DNA of 60,314 nucleotides, the filler included, from Sphacelaria rigidula (Eukaryota), in assembly GCA_964200075.2 (NCBI GenBank). It is 4 parts of 4 records of this genome, joined end to end, with 100 filler letters (N's around TTAATTAATTAA, not from the genome) between each part and the next. Parts side by side here need not be neighbours in the genome. Positions count along the whole stretch, not along the records: positions 1 to 15,005 come from CAXNAA020001948.1; positions 15,106 to 30,109 come from CAXNAA020001949.1; 2 more parts are not named here. One strand, given 5' to 3'. Position numbers and translations under genes: made by a program. Every line of letters begins with the position of its first letter. Positions within the stretch are counted from its first letter, which is position 1. Positions 1 through 17,475 of this stretch are shown here, piece after piece. Below the pieces are notes generated by a model. That model made no database searches. It was not told the origin of the DNA and worked only from the letters and a program-made list of their open reading frames with translations.

Positions 1-953
1 CACTTCCAGAGACAGCCACGGCTTTTACACTGCCTCATGGGTGGCCAACCAGTTTCGGGGGTAGGGATAGTGATACTTGTAAAATGTGTCAACCGTGAAC
101 ATTTGTAGCCCAGCTCCGGTAAACTAGCCTACTATTATAACACAACGTGGTAATCGGCAACTCAGTGCTCGTCTTCAAATCCACGTAGCACTCCGATCCG
201 ACAAGGTCTAATGAAACGAAATATCAAACTGTACAGTAGTCCTGCCTTTCTGTGCAGCTTTTAGTCACAAGGCATAACCCTTGCTTGAACCAGCCATCGA
301 TGATGTGACCACCGCTCGTTCGTAACCAAAGAGCCTAGCTTGACCGTGACACCAGCCCCGACATCGGAACAGTGCGGTGTGTCCCACAACCTCTCGCATC
401 ACAAAAGACCGACGCGTTGTGAGTTATGAGCCCAGCTATTTTGTCGATGCGGAGAGACTCGGGAACCATTTCCGGGGAGAAACGGGCGTGGTCGTTGTGG
501 CGACCGTGAACGGCATATGAGCGGGAAAAGAGTCGAATATGTGGGCATCATGGTTGGAGTTGGCGCGTAGACTCCCCGGTACAGGGTAGAGAGCGATGGC
601 CTAGCAGAGGTACGTTCTCCGCTGATCGGTGGCCCAGATAAGGCACGATTGAAAAATAACTCCTAGATCAGGTATACCTCAGCGAAATGTGGCCTACAAA
701 AGGTAAGCGATTTCTGGAGGCGACATGTCCGTCTTCGCGTGCCCATATCTCTCGAGTAACATGCTGTTTATCGGGGGGTTTTCGAGTACCGGATGCCAAT
801 GCCCCCCACCCCGAATGACGTGCGTGAAAAATCCGGAGCAAAAACGGTCAAAATGGCGTGTTTGGCTGTTTTCGCGTTTCTGGCCATTTTTCGTACCTGT
901 CTCGGGCAAAAAACGAGAAGTTATATTTTTTCTAGGCCAAGGCCCTTGAAAAA

Positions 954-1135
954 ATGTACAGGACGTATTTGCGAAGACCCGATATTTCCTCCCCTGCATA
1001 CTTGATTCTTCTCTCCGTGAGTTATTGGGGACGGAATATTTCAGAACATTTTTCGGAACTGAATCACAAAGAAGCCACGAAGAAAAAAAATGTAGGGGAG
1101 GGAAGATGGGGTTTTCGCATATACGTCCTGTACAT
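954..1135. repeat. Inverted repeat with 46-bp arms
   Basis: 954-999 ATGTACAGGACGTATTTGCGAAGACCCGATATTTCCTCCCCTGCAT versus reverse complement of 1090-1135 ATGTACAGGACGTATATGCGAAAACCCCATCTTCCCTCCCCTACAT. Confidence 0.85.
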
Positions 1136-1457
1136 CGTGTCAAATTTTCATTGAAAACGACTCAAAATTGAGCAATATAATGGCGTGTCGATATTCCTGG
1201 TCGCGTCTGGGGCGGCCCAGCCTGCGATCAGTTTAAAGTTTTTAGCAAAATACCGTTAACTCATGAAAAAAAAAACACTTTTTTTTTTATTTGCCCTGTT
1301 CATTCTCCGTACCAAATATGAAAGTCCAACTTTCGAAATTGAGGTGAGGCGGGGCCTGCAAACTATAAATTCGCGTCTAGGCTGGATCACCTCGTGGTAT
1401 CCAGTAGTTCAGGCATGGCCAGGCACAACCAGAACTGTCTGCGCTTCGTTTTCTCAC

Positions 1458-7721
<6,264 letters not shown>

Positions 7722-8146
7722 CCCGTTGACCAGCCGGTATGAAAGGGGCGCTGGTCGCTGATCGAGAGGCGTATATCATAATATGTCGCGATGACCAATC
7801 ACAGGGCGTCACTAGACGTCATAACAGTTCTTTTTTTTATGATTCATAATGTTTCCCCTCCGATCACTTCATTGAGTTTCATCCTCAAAATTCAAACAGG
7901 AATAACTGACGAGATGTCGTACTATTGATTGGTGACATAATCTCTGTGGTAGCATGCCTGAAGGTCATCGTTTCTGAATTCACGTCGCCTTATTTGTCAG
8001 AGGGTGATACACAACGTATAGGCGCAAGAGGCGTGCACACCAAAGGAGCATGACATTTATCATGCGGAAAAATGACACAGCAACTTGGGCGACACACACG
8101 ACAACACCACAAGCTACGAGCAGCGCTTCAAAACAGGCCAGAGAGG
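7722..8146. promoter_or_regulatory. Candidate bidirectional promoter between the Deg protease and rpl10
   Basis: Only 425 bp separate the divergent ATGs. CCAAT at 7795-7799 and ATTGG at 7928-7932 lie in opposite orientations; GACGTCA at about 7816-7822. Confidence 0.6.
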
Positions 8147-11100
8147 ATGAAGTCTTCCACTTCAGCAGCGAGCGTTTGCGTAGCAGCGGCGGTTTTGGCT
8201 AGCGCACAGGCGTTTGTTGGACCTAGCTTCTTACAAAGGCCATCCGCATCGGGATCGGAGGTGTCACGACCACACTCGTGCGCACAGCCGGTAAGCCCCA
8301 TAACCTCAACTGTAGCATGTAAGGTGTGGGTTCATGCACGCGCAGCACGTGTAAGTGGGCGAGTCGGGAAAGAAGAAGCTGTACATGAGATCTGTACAGG
8401 CTTGTGTTTGAACGTTGGTCACTGCAGCCGATATTCGTCGAGCCTCCTCCATCTACCCTCAGCAGACCTTTCATGCGCGAGCACTCCAATGTGTTGTGAA
8501 ACACGCACTCACGAAATTCTGGGGTTGTTCGGTGCGCCAGCCGCAGCCGACGGGTATAATGCACCCCAACCTGGACTTGTGCCTTGGATGGGATGATTGA
8601 AAGACGGCATCAATCGAGTAGACTCTGTACCCACATGTGAGCATCTAAGTTCACTTGACCGCAAACGATCCACTCACGGGTAAAGAATACAGTATGCAGC
8701 TTACGGTAATCCGACGGCATCAGCGCTCATGCCTTTTTTCTTGGCACGTTTGCCCTCTCCCAACTTCCCTCGCACATGATCGCACATTATCGCACATGAG
8801 TTGCGGTTCGCACCAATCGGAAGGCCAGAGAGCATCTCGTTCAACTCTACGCGCTGCGGCTCCAGCGATGACATGTAAATAGACGGATGGACAAGTGCAC
8901 TTCAGAGGAGTGCATTACACTCGCGTTGGCATAAATATGTGGAAAAAGCTAGCAACCAATGCCACCTAGCGTTCTAGATCGGACACCTGCTGCATCATGC
9001 TTTGTCTTGAGCTGGAAGCGAGCTGTCTTGCCGGTACCAGATACCCGGTACTACCATCCACACGCCGGGTAGGCCAGGACTTACCGAAAGTAGTCAATCA
9101 AAGAGAACTCTCGGATCCCTTGACCAAAAACGCAAAATATGCGACGGCAGGGTCCGAGAAACTAAGGCGCAGCCGTAGCTTTACTCCGCGTGCCGGGTGT
9201 CCAGCGCTATGGAGAGCAAATATGGGATACGGGGCCACCTGAGCTAGGTCATGATCCAGATCAGTACACTAACAAGACGTTAATATTGAGGTAGCTCATG
9301 AGCTGTCCGACGTGTGGTGATGTCTCCACCTGATACCTACTTCGACTGAATATTGAAGGTCTACAACACTGGCAGCGTTGACGCGGCGCAAATTTCTCCC
9401 AAAACAGCCAAAATTTATCCTTTTGTGATACGCGGTGATACAGGCATCGACGGTGTTTTCCCCACTTTTCCTTCCCGAGGTGATAGTTGAAGAATGATGG
9501 AAGCCGTGGGACCACCTTTACCAGGCTAGCTGGCTGTAGAAGCAATCTAGCCGTACCGCGCTGTTGCCGCGGAGCGGGGTGTACGGATGCTATATTGCTT
9601 GCTGTTCATGTACGTATGCTAACCCGTCGACTTCGTGTGAACGCGACCAGCAAATGTGAATCTGGAAGTAAAATCCCTCACGGATGGGTATGAGCTTGCC
9701 AAGAGCTTGACTCTACTAGTCACCAAGGCGCAAGCCCGACTCGACTAAGCATCGACTCCCCGAGATCCTCGTAAGGGCGAGTTACCTGGAGTAAGAGCCC
9801 CGTCCATAAGTTGCATTCTGCGCTACACCATAGAGTCGACTAATTGTGTTTGGGGAACGCTCACGCCCCGGTGGCCTAATGGTCCGACTGTCACCATGTG
9901 GGTAGAGAGAACAAGGGTTCGAATCCTTCTGCGTTGATTTTTTTCTTCGAAGTATCTGAATCCGACCGTCGAAAGCGTCAGTACATCACCCCGCACGCAT
10001 GCATCAATCCTCCGGGATCCCTCCACTCGCGTCGCCGGTCCAGACGCATCATTATTTCAAACGCCGACACAGAAGAAAAGATGAGAAAGGAATATACCGA
10101 CAACAAGCATTTTTACGGCGGAAGGCCACAGGAGAATCCACCGACATAAGTCATGCTCGCACCAAAACTGTCGCCCGGGTGCGGTCGGAATAGTTTTATC
10201 GAATGAGGGGACACAACGGGTCAAATATGTTCAACTTCATCCACACAGCGAAAACCAGCACCGCGGCCTCTGGATTCCGTAGGCCACCTGTATATTTTCG
10301 GTACACATTGTCTCGTGTGGCACTGCGGCACGTATTTGTATAGGTAACGCATCCCACCGGAATATTGTTGTGCTGCAGCCCGGAGGTCGTACCCGCCCAA
10401 CACTTGTCGAGGGTGCTAAGCCACATCACAGAAACAACGCAGTATGGTCAAGCACACAGAAACCCCTTCACCGCACGTGGAAGGATTGAGGTGCGATACA
10501 GTATTTACGCCATTCACCGCCAGTCGGAAGCGGTCGCGGGTCTGAAAAACATGCGTTGGGCAAAACCGTGGTCCTTGAAATCTGCAAACAATCAACCATA
10601 TGTCGTTGAAAAAACGCACTTCGGAATCAGCACTTTTCCATTGCTTGTACCAAGAGGGTTAATGTTCACGACGAAGATCTTTCATGTTGTTTAGCCACTG
10701 TATTTAATTACAAGGCACATTTAAGTTCGTCCTTCTCCCGTCAATATATGTTCCACCCCTCGCTACGGTGCGTTTTGTTCGGTTTGCCTGCCTCAGCTGT
10801 CCATGTTTGGAAGCGGGATTGCGTCGACAAAAGTTGGTAAGAAGAAAGTCATCGACGAAGTCACCGAGTTGCTGAGCAAGTCCTCTCTCGTTTTCTCGAT
10901 CCCCAGCTCGGGAATTAAGGTGCGTTTGATTCTAGTCTCACCCAGAGTCATGAAGTGCTTTCTGTCGCCCATTCTGCCGTGTTTGGTTTGCTTCATCTGG
11001 TCTCACTGCTTGGTCGAGCGGTAAGGCACAAAGAAGTAGTCCGCATCAACTGTGTTGTATAGTGCTTCGACAGCACAAAAATAGTGGGATGGTGGGCAGC

Positions 11101-13723
11101 ACTATTAGAAGAAAATTCAGAGGCCTCGAGCCGTGAAATGATGTAGTGACGTATCGTGTCGATAGTTGGAGGTTGGCCGAATTACGTGACTTCATGTTGA
11201 AATTTGCCCTCTAGCGAGTCAAACCTCCCAGAAGTTCGCGGTATTGGTCGACTGTTTATGTACCCACCGCTTGTATTGGTGTTGCTCATGTGCTCGCTTC
11301 CTGTCGATTGCAGTTCGACGTTTCCGTATTTAGTGAAGTGTTGGCCCCAACTCAAATCAATCCAATCGGTTCTGGTACCGTAACAACAGGCGAACGACGT
11401 GGTGCGGTTCCGGAAGGAGATGCCGGAAGGCTGCACGGCCAAGGTGGTGAAAAACACTCTCATGCGAAAAGCCTCTGAGAACTCGCCGTTCGAGATCCTG
11501 TCTGAGATTACCACGGGCGAGAACTTCTGGATGTTTGTCGAGGGCGATGAAAACCTCGCGGCACCCATCAAGTACATCGGGACGTTCGCCAAAACCATGG
11601 ACACCGAAAATGTGAGTTGCGGTTTGCGTGTATGACTGCGTGCAGTCTTGGACCTGGTCTAGTAAGTGAAGCTTCCCTGAAAATATGCGTCTTTCAAAGC
11701 TTACGCGTTATCGGCTTACTCCCGAGGGCGGCGGGCGCGGGGGAGGTGTACTCATGATCTTGCATGCCATGTTCATGTGACTGTTGACCTTGCATCCCTA
11801 CGAAGCCGGGACGGAACACTCCAGCAGACGGAGGTTATGTATTCACGGGGGGGGGGGCTGTAGTCGGGATTACACATGCCGCAGTCATGAGACCATTGAC
11901 CTCACATTCCTTCAAAACCGGGTCGAAGCCAAGCCGGGTTTTTGCCGGACCAGACTCGCGATCACAAAGCGCGAAGCGCCGTGACAACAAGTCGCATGCA
12001 GGGTGAGCTGCATCCTACTGAGATTGTTCGACTCGAGGCTTACTCATTATTTTGCGTATGCCTAACATTTTCGAAATATATGCTTCATCTTCTGGTATCT
12101 CCACTTCCAGAGGCAGCCACGGGTTACCTTGTCTCGTGGGTTCGTCACCATTCAAAGTACGATCATTCCCTTGGCGCGGAGTTGAGGTTCTCCACTCCGC
12201 ACAATATGATCCAACTCGACCGTAATGGTTACCGCCGCAAACGACGGGAGTGAGAAATAAACGGCAACCTGGTTGCCTAGAGTGAGCGGCGTGTCCTCCA
12301 GCGTCGTTGCCAACCGACGCCAACCCTTGAAGGGGTGGGGGGCAGGAGACCGTGCGCTATGTTCATATTTGAGCCAAAAGTCAACGTGTTGTAGTTCTGC
12401 TACATACTCAACTCGATACAATATCTGGAGAATTGATGAACATATGGCTGAACCTCTCATCCAAACAGGATAGCGACAGAAAGGGGGAAGGGTTCAAGTC
12501 GAGAGTTGAAGTGTCGTGAAAAAACTTGGGTCGACATCTGTAGTTGTCAGCTCATTTTTCACGTACATGGCGTTGATGGCACGGCGCGCCCGTCAGTGTC
12601 CGGGACTTGTCCAAAGAATAAGCCCGACACTGCTCACCTTTGCGCGGAAACTCGCGGGTTCAAAAGTGGAAGATGTTTTTTGGCAGCGATATGGGAGCGG
12701 CAACAGTTGAACCCAACAAGCGACAGTTGATGCGGCGGCGACACACGAGTTCGGCATAGGAACGAGGCGCAGAGTCCACCAACTTTTGTGTTGTTGGGTT
12801 CAGCCGTTGCCCAACTTCTGCGTCACTGCCGCATCAAGTGATGTTTGCCAGTGAGAGGTAGCTCTTCATGTTGTAACCACCAGCCGCTGCCCGACTCCTT
12901 CGACAGGATGAGAAGTGACAGTGTACATAGATAGCGTCCATGACAGTGACAATTTGTGGCGAATCATATCCCGATATGGTGTCTGGCCGATTGCTGGGTA
13001 CATCCCACATTGCGCATCACGCCAAGCCCTCGGGGTACGGGAACACTCGCTCTGGTCCCCGAAATACTGAGTTACCAACGTGATGCCTACCGAAACAACG
13101 CAATCCTCCAGATTATGAAGATGATCAACAATCAACTCTCACGCATTTCCGGTACCCGCCCGCCGCGCAAGATACGCGATGAAGCACCCAGGGTACCGAG
13201 TACGAAGCACTGAATACCGCAGGGTATCGACGCCACTGAACAGCCTATTTTTTAGTGCCTTACCCAACGTCGAAAATGTTGTCTATATAGGCAGCATGCC
13301 CCGTAACGGATGCACACCCCCGCCATGCTCTGTTCCCGGCCAAACACACAGGAGGCGTGGAAATCACCAATGAAGATGGGTGTGTACGAGGGGAATATCC
13401 AGGACGCGGAGGCCCTGCTCGCCATCTCCGCACTGCCCACCAAGCAGGAGCTCATGCAGCGTCTGGCCTTTGCCCTCAACAGTGTGCCCACGAAGATTGC
13501 CAGGAGTATCAACCTTGTGCCCACGAAGGTCGGCCGCGTAGTCAGGTTGGCCTTCGCTGAGGGCGAGGGAGGGGAGGAGGGCGCGGGAGAATCTGACGCC
13601 GCCGCTCCAGCGGAGGTCAAGGAGGCCGCTGCGGAACCAGAAGCCGACGCCGCCACTGAGGAGGCGCCGGCAGCCCCAGAGGGAGATGCACCGGCTGATG
13701 CTGAGGCCCCAGCAGCCGAGTAG
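8147..13723 (+). CDS. rpl10: Nucleus-encoded plastid 50S ribosomal protein L10 (uL10), 4 exons, 286 aa
   Basis: Exons 8147-8290, 10797-10919, 11390-11611, 13352-13723, all phase 0 with GT-AG ends. L10 motifs KKKVIDEVTELL, KVVKNTLM, ISALPTKQELMQRLA. N-terminal signal peptide ending AQA-FVGP (ASAFAP-type plastid motif). Confidence 0.9.
9864..9985 (+). mobile_element. tRNA-derived SINE, family A (5' part)
   Basis: Box A TGGCCTAATGG at 9872-9882, box B GGTTCGAATCC at 9916-9926, followed by the shared AAGTATCTGA.TCC.ACCGTCG body. Confidence 0.7.
11744..12140 (+). repeat. R1 repeat, partial plus near-full copy in tandem (rpl10 intron 3)
   Basis: Direct similarity to 13946-14245. Confidence 0.8.
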
Positions 13724-13945
13724 TTGTGCCGCGTTTTCGAATTCGTGAAGGCGGGCAGGGGGTCATTTCGGGGACATGATAGGGCCACGTTATTGATTCT
13801 ACACACATCAATCCAGGAAAGAGGGCGACGTGAGCGCCGTTTTTTAGCGTAGTTTGAATATTCTCGTGTGTCGTATGGGGCAAGGGCTGGCTGTGGCGGT
13901 GAGTTTGGCGCACATGCATATTTGAGGGCGTTTGCGTCAGGAGAG

Positions 13946-14245
13946 AGTACACATGATTTTGCATGCCGTAGTCATGGAACCACTGACCTTGCATCCCCCT
14001 ACAAACCGGGACGAAGCACGCCAGGATCTCACCGGATCAGACCCGCAACGAGTCAACAAGCGCGAAGTGCCATGATGTATTCGGCGTGACGCATGAAGGG
14101 TGAGCTGCATCCTGCGAAGATTGTTTGGCCCGAGGCGTTCTGATTATCGTGCATATGGATGGCAGCCGACGAGGAGTTGCTTCATGTTTTGGTGTCGCCA
14201 CTTCCAGAGACAGCCATGGGATATGCACCGCTTCATGGGTGTCTC
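13946..14245 (+). repeat. Full-length copy of the dominant ~300-bp dispersed repeat R1
   Basis: Consensus GTGTACTCATGATC...TTGACCTCGCATCCCTACAAAGCCGGGACG...GGTATCGCCACTTCCAGAGACAGCCACGG...CACTGCCTCATGGGTG. Other copies or fragments at 1-45, 11744-11817, 11850-12140, 14933-15005(-), 15106-15165, 23315-23609, 32380-32431, 45313-45450(-), 46757-47047(-), 52462-52834(-), 54225-54289. Confidence 0.9.
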
Positions 14246-15005
14246 ACTACAGAAGAGGGTGGGGAAGACCTGTCTTTCTTTCGCGGCGCGTGTATATAAT
14301 GCGCCCGTGAGCAAATGAGGGGAAGACCAGAATTTTGACAAAATCTCCGTCGACACAGTAAGAGCTGAAACTTGATGCGAATGGGGCAAAAATGGAGGTT
14401 TGCACTCGGGTTGCGCTTCGTACGATTGTCCAATGAGGCGAAGTTGCGGATATGCCTTTGCCGCTACCATGGGCACCAATACCACATGACGCGTCAACCG
14501 TCACCCCGGAACCCTATAGAAATGGTGTGGTGTTCTCCCACTCCAGTCTGGAAACCCAGTTCAACACATGATGATTTTCACCAGATTGAAAGTCCAGCGT
14601 TGATGGAGATTAATAGTTTAGTGAACAGAAACTCGCAATCCATTCATCGACCGATCTTCCTTGGGAAGTAATACACACGTCTGACGAGCACAAGTATGAC
14701 TCGTGGCATTCACACTTGGTGGGCTGCTCGTTGGCCGTGAAAATCAATAGGGCGAGCACCCGAGTCATTGCTCGTGATGAACGAAGAAAGTAGAGGAGTC
14801 AGCGACCCGACGAGGGAACGATTATAATGAGCTCTTGAACGATCTTGCACCTAGAATGTACATGTACTCGCGTCGAGCTCCACAGCTCATTTTCATATTA
14901 TCCAAGCACCCCCCCCCCCCACCCCCTACCAACGCCCATGAGGCAGTGTAAAAGCCATGGCTGTCTCTGGAAGTGGCGATACCACAGAATAAAGCAACTC
15001 ATTGT

Positions 15006-15105
15006 NNNNNNNNNNNNNNNNNNNNNNNNNNNNNNNNNNNNNNNNNNNNTTAATTAATTAANNNNNNNNNNNNNNNNNNNNNNNNNNNNNNNNNNNNNNN
15101 NNNNN
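15006..15105. other. Artificial contig spacer
   Basis: 100 bp: N-run, TTAATTAATTAA (stops in all six frames), N-run. Confidence 0.99.
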
Positions 15106-15169
15106 ATTTTTTGGTATCGCCACTTCCCGAGACAGGCACAGCTTATACACTGCCTCATGGGTGTCTCTC

Positions 15170-16850
15170 CATATGGCGTACTCATTTGTTGCTTGCCTTA
15201 GTCGTTTGACTATTGACCACGCATCCCTTTCGAGACGGAGCACTGTTCCTACTCCTAATACAGACACCTCCATTTTTTTCGGTGCTCATCCCGTTTTTTC
15301 ATACTGTACATAGAACCTTTTACATCTCATCCTCGTCCTCTTTCGCCGTCTGTGCTCACAATTTATTTCCTCGTATATCCATCATTGTTCCCGCACTGTC
15401 GAAGGGCAGCAAACGATTTCATGCCACCTTCTTTCACGCCCCGCATTTCCCCTCTAGCACGTCCTGTTCCTCCTTGTATAGCTCACATTCTTCCTATATA
15501 TGAGTTCTGCTCTCTATTGCTTTCCCAGAGGGGCAACTCTGCGCACTCACTTCCTCCTCCTCTCGACTACTGGTATGTCTCTTTCTTCTCTTCGGCAGTT
15601 CCAGGTCCCACACCCGAGATCGCAGTTTCACATTTTTCGCAGCGTTCATTGGGCCATGCATATATGCTTTCACCCCGTATATCTTCAGGTGTCTTTCCTC
15701 GTCTACTTTGCGCCTGACCGCTTATTTTCCCCTTATTTCTACCATGTCTCTTACTTTTAACTTGCACCCCGAACCTTCACCAATGGGCAGTATTTCGTCT
15801 TGGTTTCCCCCTATCTCCTTCCATACTTCCTCCATCCCACCTTATCCCAGCCTGCCCTTTTGTAATTTTCTTCCGTACAGCCCCATCAACTATAGCTGGT
15901 AATCTCTTTCTCTGCATGCTCTTTGAGCTATGTCGTCATCGCAACTTCCTCATGTCTCTGTTTTACGTGAGTACATTCCCGACTATGCTCTCAATGCCGT
16001 ATTACTCGTCGTTTTCGAGCATCCAAGTATTTCCTAGCTGCTGCCATTTGTACTGCTCCCAGCTTCTTCACGAACTTCACGTCCTCCTCCCATACTTCTC
16101 CTGCACATTCCAGCTGTGGTACAATCACGTCCATCAGGATACATCTCTTAACCCTAGTGCCTAGGTGCGAATGTCTGAGGATCACGTCCATCCTCTGCCT
16201 ATCTGTGCCTTACCCTTTTCTACTACTTTGTTTGTGTGTGCACCCCAGAAACAATTTCTCGAGATGTCTCTGCCAAGTTATGTAACCTGGTCTACGATCG
16301 GCAATTCTTCTTCTCCTCACTTCCATTTGAACTCTGCCGAATTCTTCTTATCTTCGTTACAGACGAGTACCACGCATTTGTTAACGTTCGCTGTCACTCA
16401 CCATTTTCTAGTGTATTATAGCGCCTTCTCTATGTGTTTCTGCAATTCTTCTGCTGTTTCTGAGATCCCCACGAAATCATCCGTGAGCATCAATCCTGAT
16501 CTCACATCTTCACCCACCTTGACTCCTGAATTTGCTGCTTCTATTGCTGTGATCATGTCATTAATAAATACCTTGAATAGAGGATATGTTAACGTACCAT
16601 CCTTGTACAACTCCTTGTTGAATATAAAAATATTTCGATATTTCCCCGTCTAGCATCACAGCACTTTTGGCACATTCTGTCATTTTCTTCACCATTCTCC
16701 ACATCTTGCCTCTGATCCCAGCTCCCCACAACGTTTTCCACAGCCCATTTCTCCATACTGTGTCGTAAGCCTTTTGAAGTCCAGAAAGAAACAGTACGTT
16801 GTCAGCCCGACATCTTTCTTACCTTGAATAATCTTACTCAATGTGTACCC
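15170..16850 (-). mobile_element. Degenerate non-LTR retrotransposon (LINE) reverse transcriptase fragment
   Basis: Frameshifted RT motifs on the minus strand: TYCFFLDF (FLDxxKAYD block) and LFKVFINDM...SGLMLTDDFVGISET.EELQ (x-ADD block, here LTDD), followed by a decayed thumb/C-terminal region (LECAGEVWE, ECELYKEE). Confidence 0.85.
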
Positions 16851-17012
16851 ATTGGGGGGGGTCAGCAACAATGTTTCATACTCATTGCTTGCACGTACGA
16901 TTTCCTATCCTGACATGATGGACAGCAAATCACAACAAAAAAATAGTCATGACTCGCTGCAAACAAAATTACCGATCGTTCGAAAACTGAACGGCGCTCC
17001 GCGGTCTGAGGC

Positions 17013-17475
17013 AAACTCTAATAGGAGCCGTTCAAAATTCCTGTCAAAAACTGCCTTTTGGGCCCATTTTCGTCGATTTACGCTCGGAAAGAGGGCGTGG
17101 CGGATGTTGACGTGGAATGACCTGCTCTACTCGTTGAGACCGTTCTAGGGCAACTCTGCATTCCCGCTGGCCGCACTTTTGCTTTCGACCAAATCAGACC
17201 ATACACGAATTTTTAGTGAAAAACGATCAGGTGATCAGAATCTCCCTCGGGATTTTGATCGCCTGACCGTTTTTCATTGAAAATCCGTGCTCGGCCAAAA
17301 ATCAAAATGCGGCCAGCAGGAAATACAAAGTTGCCCTGGAACAGTCTCAACGAGTAGAGCAAATCATTCAAAGGCGTCAATATGCACCAAGCCCTCTTTT
17401 CAGGCGTAAAACGACGGACAAGGGTCAAAAAGGCAGTTTTGGACAGGAAAGTTTGAACGTCCCCCATTAGAGTCG
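17013..17475. repeat. Long imperfect palindrome / fold-back (arms about 220-230 bp, loop under 10 nt)
   Basis: 17013-17242 is reverse-complementary to about 17251-17475, e.g. CACGAATTTTTAGTGAAAAACGATCAGGTGATCAGAATC / GATTTTGATCGCCTGACCGTTTTTCATTGAAAATCCGTG. Confidence 0.9.

Noticed and set aside
9864..9935. tRNA genes (also 44760-44835, 6180-6256, 53995-54070)
   Set aside because: Box A and box B are present, but there is no acceptor stem or proper anticodon arm, and the sequence continues into a repeat body. Treated as SINE heads.
15050..15062. TTAATTAATTAA palindrome (also in the other two gaps) as a biological motif
   Set aside because: It is identical in all three gaps and centred in N-runs; it is an assembly linker.
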